From the NCBI RefSeq assembly GCF_009914755.1, contig NC_060935.1: DNA of 64,000 nucleotides, one strand, 5' to 3'. Both the position numbers and the translations under genes were made by a program. This document shows, in pieces, positions 31,026-46,540 of this stretch. Under the pieces are notes generated by a model. The model saw only the letters and a list, made by a program, of their open reading frames with translations, was not told the DNA's origin and ran no database searches. Each line of letters begins with the position of its first letter. Positions within the stretch are counted from its first letter, which is position 1. The DNA is from the human T2T-CHM13v2.0 reference genome, Homo sapiens.

Positions 31026-31082
31026 GAAATACTTATTTCTTCTATGTGACACACAGTTGGTTTTGTGGTTTATACTTTATAG

Positions 31083-31216
31083 GTACTCATTTGCAATTGT
31101 GGGCATCAATATAACTGACCTGGCATATAATCTACTGGTCAGCGGAGCTCTAAAAACCCATTTCTACAATATCGCCCCAGAAGCTCCAACATTGTCTCAC
31201 TTTCAGCAAACATTCT
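31083..31216 (+). CDS. ELMOD1: ELMOD1 coding exon (about exon 11), [44 protein letters not shown]
   Basis: ctttatag|G ... TTCT|gtaagt; 134 nt; ELMO-domain [11 protein letters not shown] motif. Confidence 0.96.
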
Positions 31217-31242
31217 GTAAGTATCCTGTTGTATAATTATCA

Positions 31243-31560
<318 letters not shown>

Positions 31561-31969
31561 TTATATATATTATATATATAAAAATACATGATATATATAA
31601 AAATATATATTATATGTATTTTATATATATAATATAGAGAGAGAGAGAAAGAGAAAGAGAGAGATTTCTGTAGAACACTCCAGACAAGGGTCAAAGCTGA
31701 GAGATCTTTGTGATTTGGCTGCTTTGGAGCCTTTGAACTTCCTCTTTTGGTTCTGATTTTTTTGTTTTCTCATTCAAAAATCTACACTTATATTTTCAGG
31801 CATGGTAAATTCTTCTCTTTCCTGCTCTTGCATAATCTTCAGTGTATCCCCTTCTGGTCTGACTCAAAGACATCATGGGTGTTTCTCTCCCTCTGATCCT
31901 CATGGCATAGCACTTAAGAGTGCAGGTTCCGAAGATAGCCTGAGTTAATTCTCAGATCTATGTTTTAGC

Positions 31970-33490
31970 AGAAATGAAATCTCCAAGAAGGATTAGAAGA
32001 TTAAGTTGAAACTCTCCTAGAAAGTAGAACAAAAAGGCATAGATGAAAAATAGAAAATAAAAAAGGTTGTCAAATTAACGGATCACTCTGTGAAGTCTTA
32101 TATTTGAATAATAGAAGTGCCAGAAAAATAGTGGTGAAAACTAAGGAAGGGGAATCAAAGAAATAAATTAAGAAAAATTTTCAGAACTGAAGTATGAGTT
32201 TTCATACCCAAAGTAATAAGCACCTACATAATAGATTAATGTATACCCACACCAAGGTTCTAATCATTGTGAAATTTAATGATACTGGAAAGAGATGACC
32301 CCGAAAACTTCCAAAGCTGTCACAATGAATTGGGAATCAAGATGACATTGGACTTCTCAACAGCAACGTTGTATTCTAAAAAATAGAATATTGGCTTCAA
32401 AAGTTAAGAGAGACTGGGCACTGCACATCACACCTGTAATCCCAGCAGTTTGGGAGGCTGAGGCGGGAAGATTACTTGAGCCCAGGAGTTTGAGACCAGC
32501 CCAGGCAACATAGCGAGACCCTGACTCTACAAAAAATAAAACATTAGCCAGCTGTAGTCCCAGCCACTCAAGAGGCTGAGGTGAGAAGATCGCTTGAGCC
32601 CAAGGAGGCCAAGGCTGCTATGAGCTATGATTGTGCCACTGTACTCCAGCCTGGGTGACAGAGCAAGACCCCATCTCAATCAATCAATCAGTCAATCAAA
32701 GTTAAGAGAATATCTTTTAAAACTAAGGGAATATGATTTCCAGTTTAGAATTTTACACCCAGTATAACTTACTACCTTACCAATCAAGTATGGGAATAGA
32801 ATAAAGACAGTTTCTTAATGCAAGGTCGTAAACATTTTACTTCTCTGTACCTTTATCAGGAAGCTTATTTCCACAAAATAAGAGAGTAATCCTAAAGGAA
32901 TAAATGGGGTCTAGAAAATAGGAAATCTATCCCAGGAGAACAGTGAAGGGAAAGCCCAAAATATCTGTGCAATTGGCTGCAAATAATAAATTTAGATTCT
33001 AGAAGGTCAGAAGGCCGTGAGAGAGACTCTTTGAAGAACATGAAATTGACAGAATATTACCATGTTTGAACACATTGAGAAGACATTGGCATATATAGAA
33101 GACAGTTTAGGCTTAAATTAAGTGGGAAGCCAGGCAAATAAACAAAAGAAGGCAGTTATTAATACAAAGTAAAGAAAAGGGTGAGAAAATAAGTGACTAT
33201 GTGGCTGGGGTGAGTGAGCGGGAGCTAAATCTTTATCTCCTATAGAGAAAAAAATTTTTTAATCAAGTAATGGAAAGCATGTTGATTAGAGCTATGAAGA
33301 TCAATAACCAAAATAATCAGCTAAAAGAATTGAAATGTTGCTTTAGGAAAGCAGGAATTAGGGCAGGAGACTGCTTTTTTTTGTTTTGGGGGTTTTTTTG
33401 GTTTTTCGTTTTTGTAACAAGACTTGTTAAACTATTTGATTCTGAACAATGTGCATGTATAACTTAGATAAAAATGAAAAGTAAATTATA
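31970..33490 (+). mobile_element. Degenerate L1M (ORF1-region and 3' fragments) containing an AluJ at about 32412-32700
   Basis: A-rich L1-like motifs (gacttctcaacagcaac, aagaaaaattttcagaactgaag); internally deleted AluJ with (TCAA)n tail. Confidence 0.55.
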
Positions 33491-33789
33491 AACACATATA
33501 CTTTACAACTTGTTAATGGAAAATGTAAGTCCCTTACATACATTATCACAGCTCCTGCTTTGATAATTGGATGATTATATTCACTCCTATAAAAATTCTG
33601 AGCATCTCCAACAAATATGATTGAGATTTTACTATAGATTAGGTTCTATGCTGAGGAAGACAGGCATTTAAACAAATACTTAAAATGTAGTGGGTCCAGC
33701 ATTATCTTAAGGGAAACAAAAAAGTCTTTAAAAAAATAAAATGTAGTGGGAAGAATTTAGTGATTGAGGAAGTAAAGGTACTGCTTCTA

Positions 33790-34125
<336 letters not shown>

Positions 34126-34787
34126 TCACTCAGCCTGGAAGTCAGGGAAGTTTCTCCAAAGCAAATGCCACTTTTGAAGAGACCAAAAGAATGAGTGGCA
34201 GGAAATAAGGCAATGGTGGCTGAGTGGTCCGGTGAAGGCCATAAAGCAAAAGAGTATATGGATTTAAGAAATAGAGCATAGGGTTTGCCGGGTGGTGACT
34301 AGAGATGGCACTGGAAGCCTAAGAGCAGGTTGGAGGGCAGTCCTGAAGAGCTCTGTAAGCCACGTCAAACAGCATCAACATCCAGATAAAGAAAGCCTCT
34401 TGCCGTGTTTCCCTGGCCCCTTATACTTGCCCTGTTCTGTATTTACCATGCTCATTAGGGAAATCAGGGAAGTAGTTTTGAGGGAAGGTAGAGTGAGTTT
34501 AGTTTTAGGCATACTGAGGGTGAGCTGTTCTTGGGAAATCCATATGGAGCTGCAGAGTGGACATTCTCATAATGTAGGGCTCTGGAGTGCTGAAGGATTA
34601 GAAAGGCTCTAGCTACAGATTTGTGGTTCATCAGCACCTGGGAGAATATCAGAGCCACACAGTGGGGGAGCACTCCCAGGAAAGAGTCAAAGTTAGAATC
34701 ATAAAGAATTGGCATTTAAGGGCAGGTTTCACTGCTGTATCCTCAGCACAAAGCCTGGTACAGGGTAAAGGTGCTCAGTAACTAGAG

Positions 34788-34856
34788 GGGGGTTGGGTGG
34801 GTGGGTGGGTGGGTGGATGGATGGATGGATGGATGGATGGATGGATGGATGGATGG
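34788..34856. repeat. (GGGT)n(GGAT)n microsatellite
   Basis: Visible directly; encodes the spurious GWMD ORF. Confidence 0.95.
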
Positions 34857-34925
34857 CTAAAATACTGGCTGATGTTTTTTGCAGGAGAAAGGAGAGTCTA
34901 GTTTCTGTGGGAAATTTTCTCCTTA

Positions 34926-35056
34926 GGCCAGGCGCGGTGGCTCACACCTGTAATCCCAGCACTTTGGGAGGCTGAGGCAGGACCATCACTTGAGCCCAGG
35001 AGTTTGAGACCAACCTGGGTAACATGGTGAAACTCCATCTCTACAAAAGAAAAAAG
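34926..35056 (+). mobile_element. FLAM_C / Alu left monomer
   Basis: Left arm plus A-rich end only. Confidence 0.8.
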
Positions 35057-37282
35057 TATTAGTCTTGGCCTGGATTGATACGCTTCCAAGAGAATCCTAG
35101 CCCAGATGAGCAAGTATGCAATAGGATTACATATTTCCGAAGGCCCTCATCAGGTTTTGGAAGCAGCAGCAATCCCCCTATGGATTGTGGTGTATGTAGG
35201 CAGAGGGGCTCAGGCCTCTCTAAGGGAAACAAACTGTGCCCTAGATTCATTGTTCCTCAATCAGACATGATCAGTTCTGCACGTCTCCTGTGTAATATTC
35301 TTGCAATTACCTGTGTCCTTGCATATGTCTCTGCTCTCTACTAACCAAATGCAGTGAAGCAAAACCAAGACATTCAAGCAGCAACAAATATGCTGCAGGC
35401 TGGAGTCAGAGAGCCAAATTAGTATTCAAAACAAGTATTCCATCTAGGTAGAAGAATAGAAGAATATAATAGCTCCATCCTTCTGACGTTACAGTATTAT
35501 TCGGTGAACACTGAGCTGCCAAGGTACTATGTTACAAAAATTGCATTCAGTCTAAAGCTCCACTGAACACACAGCCCCATTGAAATGGAGTGAGGTTAGG
35601 TGTAATGAGCAGAAGGGAAAGTACAAAGGCCAGAAGGGGAAAAGCAAACTATTTTTTTCTTTGACCTCCAAAAGAAGGAACTATTCCATAGGAATAAGAA
35701 CCAGAGGAACAGAATGTACTGGAAAAGGCAGCCTATTGCCGTGGTGAAAAGTCAGCTGGTTTCAGGCCCTCGTTTCCAGCTTCCAGCTGTACCTGTTATT
35801 GTAGACCATTCAAGGAACTCATCTAAGCCCAATATCTGCATCTGAAAGATGGAGATGTAATATCTGTGTTACCTACTCCACAAAGCTGTTGTAAGAATGC
35901 AATGAGATGGTGGAAAATAGCCTGGCCTCTGTTTTCTCCCTCTCCTTTCCATGCCACTTTGTTAGCTTCCATAGCGAACAAATCATCAGCTGCAATTATA
36001 CTCCTGTTTGCCTCTCTCCAATAGACCCAGCATTAGGGAGCACAGGAAGTCTGCCTTTTTCTTCATCTGCAATACCTAGTACTGTGTCTGTTTCATATTT
36101 GTTCATCGGCAGATGAGTTAACTGACAGATCAGACCAAATGAATTTTTGAACACTGTAATTTATATAAGTGAGTGGAGTTTTATGATTATAATATGCACC
36201 TTGGAAGCCAGACCACCATTTCTGCATTTTGATTAAGATGATGTTACACAGTCTTTAATTATTTTCCTGATGGGATAGAGAAAGAGAGTCCCAGGGAATC
36301 AGTCTTCAATCTTCGGAGGAAGAATCCTGAGCATGGCGTCAGATTGTGAGCCAGCCCCTCCTCTACCCTTACCCAAGCCCTTTAAACCTTTCAAGATGTT
36401 TTTCTATAATTGTGTGTAAGGTAGGAAAATGGGGAAACCAAATGAATCCACATTCTTCTGTAACCGTGCCACACTACATCACCTTTAGAGTGAGTTGCCA
36501 ATATTCCAGCACATTGTAGAAAGGTGAACATTTATGTATATTGCAGAAAAATGAATTCTTCATTAAAAGATGATTTTTCATATTGCCTGTTTATCATTGT
36601 CAACAGGAGAAAAGATGCTGTCACTCATGAAATACTAATGAGATGCATTATCGATTATTTTAATTCATAGTATTGGAAACCTGACTCTATGTACAAAATA
36701 GATGTGTTTATTTGAGCTCAGAGACCAGTCAGGAAAATTTATGTATGTATTTTATATAGTAAGGAAAGAAGGATTTATAAATTATCATAGATTTATTTTA
36801 GAACCATAAAAATTATATTTAGGAGGAAGCCAAGGAAACTTTCTTTTTAAAAAGAGAATCTTCTTGACCAAAGTTCTCAACTTTAGTGACACAAGTTTCA
36901 TCTTATTGAATTGCAAGTCTGGTTAAATCTGGGAGGATCTGCATTTTTTAACAAGTACCGCAGATCATTCTTGGAATATTTTAGAAGTTTGCCCAGTCAC
37001 TGAAATGGACAGGTGATTGAATTCTTTTGGTTGGTTGAATAAGATACTGAGATCAGAGGAAACAAGTTTCTGTTGATGTGCACATTTTTCCATACATAGC
37101 TAGTATGACAACCAGATGACAAACAGTCTCCAAATCATGGCATATGAGAAATGATGAGGAGAAGCAGTGAAAGAGAAAAGCTCAGGGCATAAAGCACACT
37201 TCAAACACTTGAGTTGGGGAAGGATTGAAGTTGTTCTGTGAAATACAGGGCAACAGATTTAGGCCCAGAATGAGGAAGAACC

Positions 37283-38173
<891 letters not shown>

Positions 38174-38509
38174 AAGAAACAAGCTTTTAAGAATCAGGTT
38201 CCTCATCCAAGGAACAAACAGTCAGTGTTGTCACCAGAGAAGTTCAAGCCTGAATGCTGCCTCCGGGAATCCAAGCATCAGATGAAGAGAGACAGAGGAG
38301 ATGGCTTCTGGGGTGACTGATACTTCCCGATTTGGGCCTTTTCTGATGTGTTCAGGTTCCCATGACAGTGATAGTGGGGCCCTGGCTTGTGTAACCTCAA
38401 GGCCAGTAGGGTGATGGTTGGTGTGTACCCTCATCAGAAATGTTAAAAACAGTCAATTCTAGTGTGTGAAGGGCCCAAAGGCAGGCTAGTCCTAAAAGAA
38501 ATGGCATAA

Positions 38510-38655
38510 GCCAGGCACAGTGGCATGTGCCTGTAGTCCCAGCTATTTGGGTGGCTGAGGCAGCAGGATCACGTGAGGCCAGGAGTTCAAGGACAGCCTG
38601 AGCAACATTGCAAGATCTTTCCTCTAAAAAATTAATAAACTTAAAAAAAAAAAAG
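38510..38655 (+). mobile_element. FLAM/Alu monomer
   Basis: Single arm; TSD aaaagaaatgg. Confidence 0.75.
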
Positions 38656-39119
38656 AAATGGAACAGTCAACCCAACCCTCCTTCTCCTATATTTACAGAG
38701 AGACCACATACTTAAACAAATATAAGCATGCTTAACAATGCAATGAGACAAGTAACCAGAGGGAAGGGTCTGTGGAAGTGGACCAGCAGCCGGCCATGTG
38801 TGTTGGGGGCAGTGAAGGTCACTCCTAATTTTGTATTAAAATAAAATATGAGTAAAGATTTTTAAAAATGTATGAAATTATGTTGAGCATTTTTCCATAC
38901 ATAGCTAGTTACTAGAAAAACAAAAAGTATTGATTTTTTTGTACTATTAGAATTAAGTGTGTTTATTCCAAATTCTCTTCTCATCCTCCCCTTCCCCATT
39001 TTCATTTATGCATGCAGGTGGAAAAGCAAGGATTCAAACCAGGTTTCTGGCTCCAGAATCCTGTCTTCTATTTTCTACCTCCTTCTAATGTTAAGACAAA
39101 GAAAATTTTGCATAATCTT

Positions 39120-39292
39120 TGTTTTTCTTTTGTCTTCTTTTTCTCTTTTTGAGACAGGTATCACTCTGTCACCGAGGCTGGAGTGCAGTGGCGCAATCAC
39201 AGCTCATTGCAGCCTCGACCTCCTGAGCTCAGGTGATCCACCTCAGCCTCCCAAACAACTGGGACTACAGGCATGTGCCACCATGCCTGGCT
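39120..39292 (-). mobile_element. AluJ right-arm fragment
   Basis: Partial antisense Alu. Confidence 0.8.
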
Positions 39293-40170
39293 GTTTTTCT
39301 TTTTTTAAAACTAGGATTACTTCCTTAAGTACTTTTCTTTCTAACACATAGAGACACCTGAGCTTGTAGTAGTTTACTACCTACAAGTATCTAGTATTAA
39401 AAAAAAAACACTATGCATATTTCAATACTAAATGTGGTAGATAAAAATAATTAAACAAATGTGGTAGTGGGAGGGGGCATAATGGGGAACAAAGCACAAT
39501 GAATAGGTTCTTATATCAAATACTTAACATTTATTCCCCAAATTGTTTCAATCCAGATCACTCGTGGATAGCATTTTTGAGACACCAAAGGATTTGAATA
39601 TGAAATTATTGCTTCAGAGCAAGGAAGTCTTATTAACAATTTCATGTGGTTTAACGACCAGTCTGTGTTGTTCAGGGTTGATTTACAATTTTTATTGTCT
39701 CATAATAGAGTGTCAGAATGCATTTGTTTGATTTGTCGGGGTAATTTAAAACTTTAGTTACATCAAATATCAAGAGAATAAAGTCCGAGTGGAGTGATTT
39801 TGAAAAGTTGGACCGTCACATTAATTTAATTAGGAGGAGAAGGATGAAGTAGTCACTGTCAGCCTTTCAGAAAATGTTCCCGATGCGATTCATACTCAAG
39901 AGATGGCAGAACTGATTTGTCTTCCTGCTTGGGAAGAGTGAGAATGATTCCAGGGCCAATTGCAAAAAGCTTGCAGATTGGTAGGCTTCAACTGCACTGA
40001 TTTTAAAGAATAATCTTAAACAGTGGTATTTTCTAGATTTTGAGGTCTTCTTTGAGCTCCACGGTTGCTGTGGCTTGGTTCAGCATCTTCCTCAGCATTC
40101 AGAATGATTTTGAATGTGATTAAGGATTTTTTTTTCTCCTGCATTCTTATCATTGTATTGTCTCCAACAG

Positions 40171-40343
40171 GCTATTTGATGCATGAATTTCATAAGTTTT
40201 GGATCGAAGAGGACCCCATGGACATAATGGAATTTAATCGTGTGAGGGAGAAATTCCGCAAGAGGATCATCAAACAGCTGCAGAACCCAGACATGGCGCT
40301 GTGCCCACATTTTGCTGCCTCGGAAGGTTTAATCAACATGTAG
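40171..40343 (+). CDS. ELMOD1: ELMOD1 last coding exon, (C)YLMHEFHKFWIEEDPMDIMEFNRVREKFRKRIIKQLQNPDMALCPHFAASEGLINM*
   Basis: tctccaacag|GC, TAG at 40341-40343; 3' part of ORF 40065..40343. Confidence 0.97.
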
Positions 40344-40826
40344 TTGCCCACGCCGGTTTTAATGGATACCCTGGAACACTGCCTCATTGTCTTGTTAGAT
40401 CTCTGCTTAGGTCGCAGCTCACGCATTGAATGCACACAGTGATTGTATGCATGCCTTTTGGTACAGTGTTTTCATCTCTTGGTCATAATTCCGAGATCCC
40501 CAGAGACCACTGTTTCTGGAGTATCTGTCATCCAGTGACTGCTCATATTGTGGCATTATGCAGTGTTACATCTTGCCTTGATACCCAGGTATGGAGAGAG
40601 TTTTCTATTTTTTTAGACTTTTTTTCCTCTCCCTCATAATTCAGCATTAAAGAATTGTATTTCTCTAGCTGTATTTTGTATGTAAGAGGTTTAGCTGAAT
40701 CTCATTCTGTGAAAGCCTTTTAATTTATTGAAATGTTTCATGACTACTGCTGCTAGCTCTTCAAGCCAGGTTCATGCTTGGACCTCATTCTGATAAAGTA
40801 TAAGACTTTAAAATAATACAAAACAG

Positions 40827-41271
<445 letters not shown>

Positions 41272-41886
41272 TTATATTGTAACTTCCCCTCACCCCAGTT
41301 GCAATTGTGTCATAGTCATCTGTATATCAAACTATTTTATTCCCATAACTTCATTGGCTTGGATGCCTAAGTGTATGATGCTTGAAGCCTCAGAAAAGAA
41401 ATAAGCATATTTCAAAAGCTGCAAAAGGTTTTTCACTGCCTGCCTCTTGCGGAACTGGGTTACACCCTGGCACTGTTCTGATCCAAGCATATTTGCTTGG
41501 GGAACTAAGTGCTGACTAGTTTGTTTTCTATGTCAAGGGGCAATATTAAAAAACAATTTGCAAGAAAATGTGTTTCAAGAGAGCAACCTAAGCTAAGTCA
41601 CTCTGCGATATTTCTTGAAAATAACGACCTTGTCTTGTATCAGTGGAAGAAGTAAGTTGCTTAGAAAGGGAAAAGTCAAATTGTTCCAGAACTGCTAAAA
41701 ATCATTTTAAAAACCATGATTTAGTTTGGAATTATGATTGTAGTCTGTTGAATAGTATTTACCATGGCATTTCATACCCATGGTATTTTATACCTTCTGA
41801 CTATCAATTTTAGTATTATTAGATGTTTGTGTAACCACTTGCTTATTTAAATGAATTTTGAGTACTGCCTAATTGTCAGTTATATG

Positions 41887-41892
41887 AATAAA
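41887..41892 (+). terminator. Probable distal polyadenylation signal AATAAA
   Basis: Canonical hexamer outside repeats, with a downstream U/GU-rich element (atttttgtgc, about 41937-41946). Confidence 0.65.
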
Positions 41893-42793
41893 TTACATGT
41901 CATTCTACTGTAACGTATATTGGATTTCATATTAATATTTTTGTGCTCGTACAGCTTCTGAATATGCAAATATGTGAGTGAATGGAATGTCAAAGACAGA
42001 CAACCTGGAGCTGACTATAAATCACACCATCATTCAGAGTCAGCAGGTTCACAACTTCCTAGGAAACCTGGCTTGGCTGTTGCTAGATAAAGCAGAAACA
42101 TTAACTACCCATTGTTTTCTTGGCCTTTCTCTCCCTTCTGCGTTTGTATTATCCTTTCCTTCTGCGTTTGTATTATCCTTTCCCTTTCAGCCATGTACCA
42201 GGTGGCAGCATTTTGCATTGCCTTTCTTATGGTCCTGTGTCCCTTCTTAGAATGCGGAAGGGAAAGAGTTGATTAGCACATGGTGGATACCATGAGTAAT
42301 GACAAGAATGTATATTCCTCTCTCAAGTAGGGGAGAACTTGTCAACCTAGTTCCTCAGGCCTGCCTGAGGAGCCCTGAATTTCCACCGTAGCTGCAGCTG
42401 CTGTAGATGAAGGCATTATTCCACGTGCAGTCCAGCCTTTGCAGCCACATGTGCTCATTGTCTCTTTTTATCCATTGTGGTCCCATGTCACTGTCACGGC
42501 TTGACAGCATGTGGCACTTACACCAGCTTGCGTCTCTTCTGTTCAGATAGAGATAGTTGACGCCAACAAAGCTAAGAGTTTCCCCTCTCAGCTCCTAGGA
42601 TGCTTTCTTTCTATTGTATTTGAACATGGCTGCACAATCTTAGGATGAATAAGCTGTGACGGCTCCTTTGAGCTCTGAGTATTATTAGATTTCTCATTCA
42701 CACCACTTTGTGGAAGATGCATTCCACCCAGTCACACAAAGTGAGGTGAGAAAAAGAAGAGGAGAGGTTTCAAAAGCATCAACAACATGTGGA

Positions 42794-42818
42794 GTGTGTG
42801 TGTGTGTGTGTGTGTGTG
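42794..42818. repeat. (GT)12 microsatellite
   Basis: Visible directly. Confidence 0.95.
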
Positions 42819-43115
42819 TTTCCCTTGAATATTTTTAGCTTATACTTTTCCATTGAATAAGGGTTGACCACATAAAATGTCAATTGTGCGGCAAGCCTCT
42901 TCCAAGTCTTCCAAAGCACTACTTGCTATGATAAAAACACATTCCTGTTTGCACTACAGAAAGAAAACCTTCTGAAGCACTGTTTCTGAAACTTGACTCT
43001 GACCTTCCTTCTCACGGTTCTTGTTATTGTACTGTGCTGAAAAACTTTTGCCTGGTAACCCACCATCTTTTCCATATTTGAAAAGAGGCTTAAATATATG
43101 CCAATCCCAAAAGAC

Positions 43116-43244
43116 AGGGTGACCTTACAATATATCTTCCAAAACAGAACACTGTTGAGAGAGAAAGGGGATGTTGTTAATGGTTTCTTTAGAACAACAG
43201 AGTAAACTGGGACAGTTTAAGAAAACTGAGATGTTAGGTGGCCA
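43116..43244 (+). mobile_element. MER94-like (hAT-Blackjack) DNA transposon relic
   Basis: agggtgacc.. gagag.gaaagggg ..gtaaactgggacag.. resembles the recalled consensus. Confidence 0.55.
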
Positions 43245-44000
43245 AGAGAGACCAAGAGACAGACATAAGGATTGTCCACCCACAACTTAATTAGGCAAAT
43301 ATAGCCCAATTTCTTTACTTTCAAGCCTCTGGCAGGAGAATTACATCATACAGATATAGACATTTTGATATCCAGGATACTACCCAAAATCTTAGAGACC
43401 CATCACAAGCATGGGCTTGGTTTGAGCTGAGAAATTCAGCTGCATAGATGGGGCCTAAGTTGGCAATAGGCAATCAAACTCCATGGCAACAAATTATCTT
43501 GATCCGTAAACATATGGTGCCAGATCCAAATTGAAGGGGAGTGAGGAGGGGACCAGAGTTGGTGGAATATGAGGATAGGAGATGGCAGATGATGGAGAGA
43601 AGAGGAAGGGGGCAGAGAAAAAGGAAAATATCAGCTAGACCCATAGCCACTAAGCCTTCTGACACAGACTCTATTAAAGCAATGCCTCTAACTCTTCAGG
43701 GAGCTCAACAACGGTAGCTGCTCTAATCTAGAGAAAAAAATGACAGAAAAGCAGAACCAAGTATAACATGAAGTCCTAGAAGATGAAAGAGATTCTGGTA
43801 CAGATTCCATTTCAAGAGCTCACATTTACCAGGTTTTTATGCCATGTGCCAGGACGGTGCTAGTCCTTACCTTGCATTATTTCATTTCCTTAACAACACA
43901 CAGGATCAGATGGGTTGTTGTTTGCCTGCGCACTTGTTTTTCTAGACAAACAGGCTTAGATAATTTAATACATTGCCAAAGGTCTCAAGAGAGAGAAGTA

Positions 44001-44078
44001 TTAGGTTGGTGCACAAGTAATTGCGGTTTTGCCATTGAAAGTAATGGCAAAAACTGCAGTTGCTTTTGCACCAGCCTA
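44001..44078. mobile_element. MADE1 (Hsmar1-derived MITE) inserted in a MIR
   Basis: About 80-bp palindrome TTAGGTTGGTGCA..AATTGCGG..CCAGCCTA flanked by TA dinucleotides. Confidence 0.92.
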
Positions 44079-44825
44079 TAAATGGCATAGCTAGACTTGA
44101 ACCCAAGGCCTTAACCCCAGACATTCAATCATTATGCTGCTGTCTACCTAACTGGAATCCTCTACTATCCCAGGGGACTGGTGAATTATAAACACACACA
44201 AATGCGTACACACACTCCACCCCCAAGTGATAACAGAAGTGTTCATAAATACTTCTCTCTCAGATGTCTGTAGGGTGAATTCAAATGCTGCCATACTGTC
44301 CCTCAGGACTGCCCACAGTTTTGGTCAGGTTTTTTTCCCCTTGATACTCAAAGAACAATTCTAGGACCTTAAGCTCTTTCTCCTGATCCCTGTCTCCCCC
44401 AGGAGAGGAAGGCTGCAAATCTCCTTTCTGCTCCCTTGCAGGGGAAACCTCAGCAAGGTGGGTTTGCAGGACTTGTGCGATGGCAAGCTCAGGCCGGAAG
44501 CTACACGGCATTTATCTCTGTGGAAGGAGAAACACGCAGGGCTTTGGGCATGTGCGCGCTTCATAAATAAAACATTCCTTTCGCAGCTGAGGTTCTTGTG
44601 TCTCATTGACCTGACATAGCCTTCAGAATGCTGCCACTCATAGACACTAACAGGAATTATGCTGTCCGCTAACATCACTGGAATGCTTCATGGAAACCCC
44701 ACAGAGATGGTTAGGACAGGGTCAGGACATGGTTACAAAGATCAAACTCTTGACTACTTTTTTTTTTTTTTTTTAATCATAGCACTGTACGATGCTTTGG
44801 GAAAGACCACAGAAAAGAGTTTATG

Positions 44826-45145
<320 letters not shown>

Positions 45146-46379
45146 TTATGGCCATTAGAAAAGAGTGGCAAAGAGAAGAGAAAGCTGAGATTAATCTTGA
45201 AAAACCACAGGTAAACCCCCTCTGTCATTCAAGTTCAATGGTCCCTTTGTGATTGATTGCGCCTACCCTACAAAGGCTTGGAGGATTTCCACAGCATCAC
45301 AAGGCATAAGTTTTGGAATCAGCTTTACTAGGAAAATTTCTAAAGCAAGGGTCAGCAACAGAAGAAGGTTCAAGTACTTCCCATGCTCACAAGGCACACC
45401 AGGGCCTCGTGGTGTAGGTCTGAGTTCAGCTGGAGAGAGTCCTGCCCCCTGTTGTTCTTTCTTTTAGGGAAAGCCTGAAAGCAACCTTGGCCAAGGGGTG
45501 AAGATCTGATCAGACCACATTGCAGCCAGGCAGGCTGGCTTGGCTGCCAGCGGTTTGGGAGCTGAGTGGAAGCACCAGCTCCCTGCACCTGGAGGCCCTA
45601 AGGTCTGTGGGATGTTGCCCTGGGGGAGGAAATCTCTGGTTTTAAGGGAAGCTAAGCTGGGATGCAACCTCTTTGCTGGAAGAGAGAGGAGCTTTCAGTT
45701 GCAGCTGGTTTGTCAAAACAGAGCCAGCCCAGAGAGAGCTCATGAATTTTTTTTTGAGAAATCTCCTCATATTACACCCATATACTTACATTTTTGACAT
45801 ATTAGCTCTCCGTACCAAGTGTATAGCAATTATAGAGGAATAGGGACATCTACAGCCTCAAGCTATATGGTACTAAGAGTTATATCATCCACTTTGGGTG
45901 ATGTTTTTACTCTTTTTGCAGAGCACAGCAGGAAAAACTTGCAATCCAAAGACCCGTGTTCCAGTGCACATGCTGCTACCTTCTTTAGGTCAACGATTTC
46001 ATCCTTCTGACTTTGCTTTTACCATCTGTAACATAAAAATAATAATGACAGCTCCTCTTCAGAGGATTACTGTAGGAGTAAAATTCAAATAAGCTAATAA
46101 TTATTAGCTATAAGTGTTTGGGAAACTCCAAAGTTAAACTAGTTAAACACAGGTTTAATCATGGTTCAATTTTCATCCCTCTGGTTTTTGGCTATGAGCT
46201 TCCTCTAACAAAGAATTCAGCTACAAAATTTGTCCTTGGAGCCAGTGTTCCCCACTAATTCAATTCAGCAAATATTTATTGAAAACTTATTTTAGTCCCA
46301 GCCATCGGGCCAAGTCTGGGGACCAAACGGGAGACAAGAAAATGTGGCCTTGGTCTCAGGGACCTCACAGTCTAAATCT

Positions 46380-46540
46380 AGTGCCTGGCTTCTCAAAGCC
46401 CAGTCTTTGGACCACCACAATGGGCACTGTTAGAAATGAATCATCTCAGCCCCCTCCCCAGACCTACTGAATGATAATCTTCATTTTAACACTCCCCCAG
46501 GTGATATGTGTGCACATTGAGCTGAGAAGCACTTCTCTAG
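46380..46540. mobile_element. MER5-like (hAT-Charlie)
   Basis: ttctcaaa..gttagaaatg..cagacctactgaat..cattttaac..cccaggtgat..tgagaagcac. Confidence 0.65.

Noticed and set aside
34793-34975. GWMD-repeat peptide ORF
   Set aside because: Translation of the (GGAT)n microsatellite plus an Alu.
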